Source: a virus (Duplodnaviria > Caudoviricetes). From it: 41,425 nucleotides of DNA. A program made the translations under genes and the position numbers. The notes under the pieces are model-generated. The model ran no database searches. It saw only the letters and a program-made list of their open reading frames with translations, and was not told where the DNA came from. The stretch spans positions 1 through 41,425 of the IMG/VR virus record IMGVR_UViG_3300027863_001337, one strand, 5' to 3'. Positions 1 through 6,580 of this stretch are shown here, piece by piece; the stretch's first letter is position 1, and each line of letters begins with the position of its first letter.

Positions 1-112
1 ATATATATACCAAAAACTTCTCTAGTTTGGAAAACCTTTTAAAAATCTTATTGTTCCTACTTGGCACAAAAACTAATTCAATGTTCCACTTGTTGCTTTC
101 TGTGGAACAATT

Positions 113-910
113 TTAAAATAAAGGTCGTATAGTATTTTTAAGTCGCCTAACTGCTATATCACAATATTCTTTGTTAATTTCTATACCTATACCTTGTCTG
201 CCTAACTCTTTACAGGCGACCAAAGTAGTACCACTCCCCATAAAAGGGTCAAGAACAAGGTCGTTTTTATTAGTATGATAATTAAGTATATCTTTTAATA
301 ATTTTACGGGTTTTTGAGTAGGATGTTCCGTTCTTTCATTACCTTGACATATTGGATGAACAAAAACATTATGTTTTTGCCCTAATTGGTAGTTAAAAGT
401 ATGTCCTGCTCCTGTATTTTTAGTAGCCCAAGTGAGAAATTCACAAGCAGACATATAACCTACCTTAAAAATTTGAGGAACAGGATTTGTTTTGTGCCAT
501 ACTAAAGTTTGTCTTACATGAAATCCAATACCCAACATAATCGATTCAAAAAAAGAAATTTCAGACTTAGAGTAAAAAGAAATAATCTGCCCATTCATTT
601 TTAATATACGATAACTTTCTTTTAACCATTTTTCTGCAAATTCTAATTGCTCATCTACACTATTATAAAAATCCCATTTACCAAAATCATAACAAAGTTC
701 ACTAACTTTATCTTGCCGTTTAGATACTAAGCGTCTAATTTTACGATTTTGAATTTTAGACCTATCTATTTTCCTTTCTTTTTGACTAATATTATACGGT
801 GGGTCAGTCAATACAAGGTCTATTGACTCATCTGGTATTTCTTTCATAATCTCTAGACAATCACCTAAATAAATCTTTATCCCTTCTTCTTCGTAATAAG
901 AAGTAATCAT
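113..910 (-). CDS. DNA methyltransferase, N4-C/N6-A beta class, intact
   Basis: GDCLE start, DLVLTDPPY (motif IV), HPTQKP, VLDPFMGSGTT (motif I), GIEIN. Confidence 0.93.
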   Translation of the reverse strand: MITSYYEEEGIKIYLGDCLEIMKEIPDESIDLVLTDPPYNISQKERKIDRSKIQNRKIRRLVSKRQDKVSELCYDFGKWDFYNSVDEQLEFAEKWLKESYRILKMNGQIISFYSKSEISFFESIMLGIGFHVRQTLVWHKTNPVPQIFKVGYMSACEFLTWATKNTGAGHTFNYQLGQKHNVFVHPICQGNERTEHPTQKPVKLLKDILNYHTNKNDLVLDPFMGSGTTLVACKELGRQGIGIEINKEYCDIAVRRLKNTIRPLF

Positions 911-912
911 TC

Positions 913-1203
913 CTAAAATAAACTTCCCATTGTAGCGTCTATCCTTCGTTCTGCTATTTTTACATAGTCAGGGTCTTTTTCTATTAAGATATAACTTCTT
1001 CCTGTTTTCTTACACGCCATACCTGTAGTTCCACTTCCAGCAAAGGGGTCTAAAACTATGCCACCTGTGGGAGTTTTGGTTAAGATACAAAGATATTCCA
1101 TAAGTTTAAGGGGTTTGACTGTCGGATGGTCATTACGAAATTCTTTAAAATATTTTTTATATTTTTCTGGTAGTTGATTATATTGTTCTTTTGAGATAAT
1201 CAT
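913..1203 (-). CDS. Split DNA methyltransferase fragment 3 (SAM-binding C-terminus, 96 aa)
   Basis: NDHPTVKP and VLDPFAGSGTTG, no DPPY. ATG at 1203 overlaps the TGA of the upstream HNH (ATGA), so it is preferred over the ORF-track start at 1230. Confidence 0.88.
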   Translation of the reverse strand: MIISKEQYNQLPEKYKKYFKEFRNDHPTVKPLKLMEYLCILTKTPTGGIVLDPFAGSGTTGMACKKTGRSYILIEKDPDYVKIAERRIDATMGSLF

Positions 1204-1883
1204 TTTTTTATCATTATTGTATTGTGGCATTTTTTACATAAAGTAATGCCATTATTTATATCCCATAATTCCCGACACTTTAAAGCATCATACATTGTTT
1301 GAATATTATTTTCTTTTATAATTTCCGACAATTGTTTTTTATGATGAACATTTAAGTTTCCGCCTCTTTTATCCCCACACATTTGACAGGTAAAGTTATC
1401 TCTTTTATAAACATTAAGCTTCCATTGAATATATTTTTTTGAACTTCTTATCTTATTATTTATAGTAGAAGTTCCACCTTTCCATCCATAACCATTTTCT
1501 CCTATACAAAACTTACTTTGCCACTCCCCAAAACATTTTCTTGAACAAAAATTTCTTTTTGTCTTTTTAATCTGTGATATTTTTTTTCTAAATTCTCTGC
1601 CACACCAATCGCATTGCACAATCTTGGTATTTTTTTGTGTATTATACCGATGATAACAATCAGAAGAACAAAAATTATGTTTTCTTATTCTACTATTCCG
1701 AATTCTAAATACCTTACCACAATAATCACATTTTACTTCTGAACTTTTATGCTGTGTATTCCACTTATGTTGACAAGATAAACTACAAAATTTACGCTTA
1801 TAATAAGAGTTAATACTTTCATTTTTGCGTTTGATAATTTCTGACCCACAGTATTCACAATATTTTTTCCTATATATCTTCAT
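1200..1883 (-). CDS. HNH homing endonuclease (gene-splitting element B)
   Basis: Three CxxCG...FCSxxC repeats, WKGG, RDNFTCQMCG...VHH...NGITLCKKCH. Confidence 0.9.
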   Translation of the reverse strand: MKIYRKKYCEYCGSEIIKRKNESINSYYKRKFCSLSCQHKWNTQHKSSEVKCDYCGKVFRIRNSRIRKHNFCSSDCYHRYNTQKNTKIVQCDWCGREFRKKISQIKKTKRNFCSRKCFGEWQSKFCIGENGYGWKGGTSTINNKIRSSKKYIQWKLNVYKRDNFTCQMCGDKRGGNLNVHHKKQLSEIIKENNIQTMYDALKCRELWDINNGITLCKKCHNTIMIKK

Positions 1884-1889
1884 ACAATG

Positions 1890-1918
1890 ATTATACTATA
1901 CTTATTTAGCAAAATCAA
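1890..1918 (-). promoter_or_regulatory. Sigma70-type promoter for HNH 1200-1883, probably leaderless
   Basis: TTGATT(1918-1913)-N17-TATAAT(1895-1890), 6 nt before the ATG at 1883; no SD. Confidence 0.65.
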
Positions 1919-2783
1919 GTATTTTCTTTATTTCCTCAACTATTTCTTGTGGAGTTTCGCTTCTTAAAATATATCCCTCTAAACCTTGCGAACGCTCTTT
2001 TCTACTTGCCTTCGCTACATAGAAAAAGCGATTATTGTTTATGTTCTGCTCTATATCGTTTGTGATATTCGTTCCAGTGTTCTCTATTTGCTTCACGCCA
2101 TTTTTTAAGTTCTGCTCTTGCACAATCCTTACAATATCCTCCAAAAGTTCCAGCAGTTCGTTTCCAAAAATTATCAAGTGTTTTATATTGTCCACATTTC
2201 TGGCATTTTCGGTATTCCACTCCTTCAATAATTTTATAATCTGCTCGCAATTTTCCGTGAAGTAATCTATGCTCGTGGCGAGAAAGACATTGTAAGTTTT
2301 CAATTCTATCATCTGTTGTATCAAGGTTGATATGATGGATTTCATATCCTTTTGGAAGTTTTCCATTTTGCTTTTCCCAAATATAAACTGCTCTACGCTT
2401 TGAGTATATTTTTCTGCTTCCTTTATCACGCCATTTAACATACCACCGATTTTCTGATTTTCTAAAATATTCCCACATATTGTCTCCTTTAAATAAATTA
2501 CTCTATCTGTATTATACATAGAAAAATCTAATAAGTCTACCTTTATATTTTTCACAAAGCGAGAAGCACCACCTGTATCGCCATAACCTGGGTCGCCCTT
2601 TTGATAATTATTTCCACACATATTTAACATAGACCCTTTATTACCAATTCTGCCACCAGTTGATTTACTTATTCCACTCTGTTCGTCTAACATATAACAC
2701 GGACACCCTGGATCGTGTTTTAATTCAAATAAATCCTGTAATTCTTTTGGCATTTTTTCAAAAATTTCTTTATCAATCTTCAT
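1902..2783 (-). CDS. Split DNA methyltransferase fragment 2 (293 aa) carrying an in-frame 177-codon insertion
   Basis: CPCYMLDEQSG, GDTGGASRF and FFYVAKASRKER are typical of this phage MTase family. ATG at 2783 overlaps the end of HNH 2773-3357. Confidence 0.82.
   Translation of the reverse strand: MKIDKEIFEKMPKELQDLFELKHDPGCPCYMLDEQSGISKSTGGRIGNKGSMLNMCGNNYQKGDPGYGDTGGASRFVKNIKVDLLDFSMYNTDRVIYLKETICGNILENQKIGGMLNGVIKEAEKYTQSVEQFIFGKSKMENFQKDMKSIISTLIQQMIELKTYNVFLATSIDYFTENCEQIIKLLKEWNTENARNVDNIKHLIIFGNELLELLEDIVRIVQEQNLKNGVKQIENTGTNITNDIEQNINNNRFFYVAKASRKERSQGLEGYILRSETPQEIVEEIKKILDFAK
2032..2478 (-). CDS. HNH endonuclease nested out of frame inside MTase fragment 2
   Basis: EIHHINLDTTDDRIENLQCLSRHEH plus C-terminal CQKC...YCKDC; SD AAGGAG before the ATG. 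Confidence 0.88.
   Translation of the reverse strand: MWEYFRKSENRWYVKWRDKGSRKIYSKRRAVYIWEKQNGKLPKGYEIHHINLDTTDDRIENLQCLSRHEHRLLHGKLRADYKIIEGVEYRKCQKCGQYKTLDNFWKRTAGTFGGYCKDCARAELKKWREANREHWNEYHKRYRAEHKQ
2511..2539 (-). promoter_or_regulatory. Internal promoter for HNH 2032-2478
   Basis: TAGACT(2539-2534)-N17-TATAAT(2516-2511), inside the insertion. Confidence 0.55.
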
Positions 2784-3357
2784 ATTTTTTTCCGTGAATT
2801 TTATAATGGCATTTTTTACATAAAGTAATTCCATTGTCTATATTCCAAAGTGCTTCACAATTTCTGGCATCATCTAATGTTTTAATATTATAATCCTTTA
2901 TCAATTTTGCTAATCCTATTTTATGATGAACTTCTAAATTTTTAGTGCTTTTACATATCTGACACTCATAATTATCTCTTTTCAATACTGATTTAATCCA
3001 TTTTAAATTTTCAGCACAAGTTCTAATAGCAAGTTGTAATTTAGATATTCCCCCTTTCCAATTGTAATGATTTACTCCTCTTATTTTTAACCCTCTTATT
3101 TGTGCTACCTCTGAATGTTTTTGATAAAATAATTTAACACTTTTAGCTCTCTTTTGTTTTTCTTCTAATGTATTTTTATGTCCTTTTTTTATTAATCCTT
3201 TTTGTCTACCAAGTTTTAGATTTGGTGATGGTTGTCTTCTTTTATACAATTCCGACCGACATTCAGCACAGCAAAACTCTCTTCCTTCTTTAAATTCAGA
3301 TGGTCTTCTATAAAGTGGTTTCCCGCATATTGAACATTTTGTATTAGGTGTTCTCAT
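2773..3357 (-). CDS. HNH homing endonuclease (gene-splitting element A)
   Basis: CSICG...FCCAEC, WKGG, RDNYECQIC...EVHH...NGITLCKKCH; C-terminal half clearly paralogous to 1200-1883. Confidence 0.9.
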   Translation of the reverse strand: MRTPNTKCSICGKPLYRRPSEFKEGREFCCAECRSELYKRRQPSPNLKLGRQKGLIKKGHKNTLEEKQKRAKSVKLFYQKHSEVAQIRGLKIRGVNHYNWKGGISKLQLAIRTCAENLKWIKSVLKRDNYECQICKSTKNLEVHHKIGLAKLIKDYNIKTLDDARNCEALWNIDNGITLCKKCHYKIHGKKYED

Positions 3358-5848
3358 ATAACCAATTCATTAACTTTTTCTTTTGTTCTTCTGTTATACC
3401 ACTTTTTAATTTATAATCGCAATCACAAGAAATCACCAGATTAGCGGGAAAACGCCCTTGATTTGTATAATAATTTGTATCACTACCCCTATCTGGTTCA
3501 CCACCCGCAAAAGTTCCTTTAGGTGCGTGATGTGCTTGGATTTTTTCAATCCCTATTCTTGCTTCGTTAATGTTTAACCCTGCCACTCCCCATTTCAAAG
3601 CATTATTAACAAAATTTTTATCATTTGGTTTTATTGCCCATATAATCGGCTCAAATGCTGGCTTTAAAGCAGTTCCGTATCCAATCCATAAGTTCGCTTG
3701 TTCATTTCTAAAAGGTGGTTTTCTTCTCATTTCCTCGCCAGTATCTCTATAAACCCATTTATTATCTTTTCTTTCACATAACTCTTGTTCAAATTGTAAC
3801 GCTATATTTAGAGATTTCGGAAAGCCACTATTGCCTGTAATAAAAATTTTGCCGTTTCTTCTGGCTACAAAAGCACCCGTCGGAACTTCTACACACCATA
3901 CATTCCCTTTATATTCAATTTCTTCAATTTTTGCTCTTGTGCTTCGTATAGTTTGTGTTCTTTGTTGTTTTGAAATAATATAAGATTCTCTATTCTGTTG
4001 TCTTGAGAATTGTGATTGATATGATGAACCACTTCCGTTCTTAATAATGGTCTGCCCAATTTTTGTGCTATTATAAGCCGATGTTCCATAACATAACCAT
4101 CTTTCCGAGCCATAATTGAAAATTCTTTTGGACATCTGACATATTTTATTGGCAAATAATTCCCGTGTTTTCTGAAATAGGTTACTCCACCTTTCCAAGA
4201 CGGGTTGTTTGCCCCAGTCATTTTTTGGCGATAACTTTCTAAACTCTTTTCTGTCCAATTTTTTCTGCCTAAATATCCTATCTTCTTTAACCAATCTTTT
4301 GCTTTTCCCGCACAATGTCTTGAACAATAATGGTTGTTGCTCTTTTTTATCCAAGCCAAAGGAAGCCAAAAATCTTTGCCACAAATCGGACATTTTATTT
4401 TTTTCATCTTTCTTTCTCGTAATGGCTTCTTCTTCTTGCTTTTTTGTATTGCTATTTTGAGACACTCTTTTGAGCAAATCTGATTTCTTAATGCCTGTGT
4501 GTGATTGAAAGTCATAAATGGTTTCTGGCAAATCTTGCAAACTTTCCAATATGGGTATATTTTCTTCTGGTTGAAGTGTCTCTGCCCTTTGAAATATAAA
4601 TTTTCCTTCTCGTTCAATAAGGATACGATGGTTTCTGGAGACAATTTGGTCTGTAAAATCTGATTTAATTCTGTAAGCGGGATATTCGTTTTCATACAAA
4701 AATTTTCTTGTTGGTTTGTGAAACTCAAAATTATCATTATTTACATTATAACATAATACAGGATACTTATCAATGTCTTTATGGTAATGTTCCCACCCGT
4801 TAATAGTAAGTATTTCAGTATCTTCTGACAAACAACCATAGACCCACATTAGCGTATCTTTTATTACAAACCCCGCATCCTCTAATCCACAAGCCAATCT
4901 ATGAAATGTTCTTGTTCCACCAAAACATAAAAGAGTTGCACCGGGCTTGGCTACCCGTAAGCATTCTTTTGCCCATTGATAATTAAAATTTTCTACTAAT
5001 AAGTTGGGGATTGTTTTCTGCTTTTTGATGGCAAACAACGCACAAAGTAATGAGGTTAGATAAGGAATTTTCTCGTGTCTCTCTATATTTTCTGATATGA
5101 TGACACTGAATTTCTTTTCTTTGACATTTTTTTCCGCATAATTGACAAGTGTAATTATCTCGTTTATAGACAATTTTTCTGATTTGTTCCCAGTCACTTC
5201 CTCTAAAGCATCGTTTATTTTGAGACCTTCCATCAATGTAAGATGGATTATTCTTTCCTTGCATTTTTTTACTTTTATCTTTCTCATAACACCGCCGAGA
5301 GCAGAATTTTTGATTTCTCTTTTTAGCAATGAAATCGGTATTACAAACAATACATTTTCTTTGTCTCCATTCGGGAATAGGTCGTTTTTTATAAGGTTTC
5401 CGCACCACTCTTTTAACAATTCCAGCAGTTCTTGCTTTGTAATGACAATCGCTTGAGCAAAATCTCTTTTTAGACGATTTTGTAACTTCAAAAGACTTTT
5501 TACATAACTCACATCTTCTAACTTCTCTTCTTTTGCTACTAATTCCTTTGTATTGACACTCCCTTGAACAATAAATTCCTCTTCCCCAACGGCTTCTGGA
5601 TGGATTGGCATAAAAAACTTTTCCGCAAAATTTACAAAGTCTTTGTTCAACCATATCAATTTCATTATATCATTAATACTATCCCAAGTTAAGCCCATAA
5701 AACCAGAACTACTATCGTTAGTCAGAAAATATGGAGGGTCAGTTATAATAGTATCAATACAATTATCTGGAATATTCTTCATTACCTCTATGCAGTCCCC
5801 ATTTATCACTTTATTAACAAAATCATCTGGATATTTCATTTTACCCAC
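3344..5848 (-). CDS. Split DNA methyltransferase fragment 1 (catalytic DPPY) with an intein and a further in-frame insertion
   Basis: GDCIEVM, IITDPPY, FMGLTWD, WAKECLRVAKPGA, FGGTRTFHR, MWVYG|SGFPKS, GTALKPAFEPI, GRFPANL; lacks the FxGxG motif, which is in 913-1203. Confidence 0.9.
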   Translation of the reverse strand: MGKMKYPDDFVNKVINGDCIEVMKNIPDNCIDTIITDPPYFLTNDSSSGFMGLTWDSINDIMKLIWLNKDFVNFAEKFFMPIHPEAVGEEEFIVQGSVNTKELVAKEEKLEDVSYVKSLLKLQNRLKRDFAQAIVITKQELLELLKEWCGNLIKNDLFPNGDKENVLFVIPISLLKREIKNSALGGVMRKIKVKKCKERIIHLTLMEGLKINDALEEVTGNKSEKLSINEIITLVNYAEKNVKEKKFSVIISENIERHEKIPYLTSLLCALFAIKKQKTIPNLLVENFNYQWAKECLRVAKPGATLLCFGGTRTFHRLACGLEDAGFVIKDTLMWVYGCLSEDTEILTINGWEHYHKDIDKYPVLCYNVNNDNFEFHKPTRKFLYENEYPAYRIKSDFTDQIVSRNHRILIEREGKFIFQRAETLQPEENIPILESLQDLPETIYDFQSHTGIKKSDLLKRVSQNSNTKKQEEEAITRKKDEKNKMSDLWQRFLASFGLDKKEQQPLLFKTLCGKSKRLVKEDRIFRQKKLDRKEFRKLSPKNDWGKQPVLERWSNLFQKTRELFANKICQMSKRIFNYGSERWLCYGTSAYNSTKIGQTIIKNGSGSSYQSQFSRQQNRESYIISKQQRTQTIRSTRAKIEEIEYKGNVWCVEVPTGAFVARRNGKIFITGNSGFPKSLNIALQFEQELCERKDNKWVYRDTGEEMRRKPPFRNEQANLWIGYGTALKPAFEPIIWAIKPNDKNFVNNALKWGVAGLNINEARIGIEKIQAHHAPKGTFAGGEPDRGSDTNYYTNQGRFPANLVISCDCDYKLKSGITEEQKKKLMNWLYENT
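3889..4737 (-). CDS. HNH endonuclease nested out of frame inside the intein
   Basis: CKICQ...CSKEC, CPICG...YCSRHC, GANNPSWKGG, YVMEHRL...VVHHINHNSQDNRIENL. Confidence 0.88.
   Translation of the reverse strand: MIILSFTNQQENFCMKTNIPLTELNQILQTKLSPETIVSLLNEKENLYFKGQRHFNQKKIYPYWKVCKICQKPFMTFNHTQALRNQICSKECLKIAIQKSKKKKPLRERKMKKIKCPICGKDFWLPLAWIKKSNNHYCSRHCAGKAKDWLKKIGYLGRKNWTEKSLESYRQKMTGANNPSWKGGVTYFRKHGNYLPIKYVRCPKEFSIMARKDGYVMEHRLIIAQKLGRPLLRTEVVHHINHNSQDNRIENLILFQNNKEHKLYEAQEQKLKKLNIKGMYGV
4745..4773 (-). promoter_or_regulatory. Promoter for the intein-nested HNH, probably leaderless
   Basis: TTGATA(4773-4768)-N17-TATAAT(4750-4745) with extended TG, 7 nt before the ATG at 4737. Confidence 0.68.
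4983..5654 (-). CDS. HNH endonuclease nested out of frame inside MTase fragment 1
   Basis: Three CxxC...CSxxC repeats, GKNNPSYIDG, RDNYTCQLCG...CHHI...NLITLCVVCH. Confidence 0.88.
   Translation of the reverse strand: MVEQRLCKFCGKVFYANPSRSRWGRGIYCSRECQYKGISSKRREVRRCELCKKSFEVTKSSKKRFCSSDCHYKARTAGIVKRVVRKPYKKRPIPEWRQRKCIVCNTDFIAKKRNQKFCSRRCYEKDKSKKMQGKNNPSYIDGRSQNKRCFRGSDWEQIRKIVYKRDNYTCQLCGKKCQRKEIQCHHIRKYRETRENSLSNLITLCVVCHQKAENNPQLISRKF
5664..5692 (-). promoter_or_regulatory. Promoter for HNH 4983-5654
   Basis: TTAACT(5692-5687)-N17-TATAAT(5669-5664) with extended TG, 9 nt before the ATG. Confidence 0.55.
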
Positions 5849-5987
5849 ACAAAATCAAAATAACTGATAAAATCAATCTTACTATCCTTATGCTGTGGTC
5901 TTTCCAAAAAGTCTCTTTCCAGTGCAAAATCAAACTGTATATGCTATCAGATAATAACCAAACTCCAATGCATTTTACCCAGCACAT
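5841..5987 (-). CDS. Small hydrophobic protein (48 aa)
   Basis: SD GAGGAG then MCWVKCIGVWLLSDSIYSLILHW...RLILSVILILCG; fills the gap between genes; below the ORF-track cutoff. Confidence 0.55.
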   Translation of the reverse strand: MCWVKCIGVWLLSDSIYSLILHWKETFWKDHSIRIVRLILSVILILCG

Positions 5988-5996
5988 CTTTTCTCC

Positions 5997-6470
5997 TCAA
6001 TATACTTTTAACACCCAACTTAAAAAGTTATTTTCTTCTTTTGTGAAAATCAAATAAAAATATCTGCCATACCACCTCTTATCCTGAAGGATATGCATTC
6101 TCTTTAAACTAAATCCTCTTTGTTTTAAAGTCTCTAATCTGTTAGGGACTACCATGCTGTTTAAAAACTTAATACTTCCTAAAAAAGCGATTCCTTTCCT
6201 TGCTATTCTGCTTGCTTTTTCTAAAAACTTCCAACCTAACTGAAAAGGTGGATTTCCTACCACCCAGTCAACTTCTAAGTTCCACTCAAAGAAGTCTCTA
6301 CCTTCTTCTATCTCGCATTCGTATTTTTCCTTTTGTTTTATGTTGTTATACCATACCTTGTTTAACCCGCTACCTGCATCCAAAACTGAATCGTTTTCTC
6401 CTATTGGAGTTATTGCCAATAAATCTTTTACAGTCTCTTCTCTTGTATAGTAAAACTCTCTTGGTCTCAT
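5997..6470 (-). CDS. Small N6-adenine DNA methyltransferase-like protein
   Basis: FYYT, VLDAGSG (motif I) followed by VVGNPPF (motif IV). Confidence 0.8.
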   Translation of the reverse strand: MRPREFYYTREETVKDLLAITPIGENDSVLDAGSGLNKVWYNNIKQKEKYECEIEEGRDFFEWNLEVDWVVGNPPFQLGWKFLEKASRIARKGIAFLGSIKFLNSMVVPNRLETLKQRGFSLKRMHILQDKRWYGRYFYLIFTKEENNFLSWVLKVY

Positions 6471-6545
6471 AAAAAATAGGGCAAGGAGACCGCCTGATTT
6501 ATCTGGCGGAGGAATTGCCCATCCTCCTTTCTTAAAAAATTTCTC

Positions 6546-6574
6546 TTGATATTTTCAAATAAATGAATTATAAT
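6546..6574 (+). promoter_or_regulatory. tnpB promoter, probably leaderless
   Basis: TTGATA-N17-TATAAT, 6 nt before ATG 6581; no SD. Confidence 0.7.
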
Positions 6575-6580
6575 TAAACT

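Larger units (their letters stand above)
2025..2562 (-). mobile_element. 531-bp frame-preserving HNH insertion bounded by a 7-bp direct repeat
   Basis: aaagcga at 2025-2031 and 2556-2562; removing 531 bp restores GGASRFFYVAKAS. Confidence 0.75.
3830..4834 (-). mobile_element. Intein (335 aa) inserted at VYG|SGFPKS
   Basis: Block A CLSEDTEILT, block B-like VSRNHRIL, block F/G VWCVEVPTGAFVARRNGKIFITGN followed by Ser+1. Confidence 0.92.

Noticed and set aside
82-109. Inverted repeat TGTTCCAC-N12-GTGGAACA resembling parS half-sites
   Set aside because: The half-sites are 12 nt apart, unlike parS; more likely a hairpin after the last MTase, and too weak to call a terminator.
1147-3415. Group I introns as the explanation for the HNH interruptions
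   Set aside because: Only about 60-90 nt separate each HNH from host motifs, the flanks read as conserved peptides with coupled starts, and I see no ribozyme core. Not formally excluded without a covariance-model search.
2727-3415. Split inteins at the MTase breakpoints
   Set aside because: No block A, B, F or G motifs and no terminal Asn followed by Cys/Ser/Thr at the junctions.
913-5848. Calling the fragmented MTase a pseudogene
   Set aside because: All motifs are intact, frames stay open through long inserts, and fragment starts are coupled to upstream stops.
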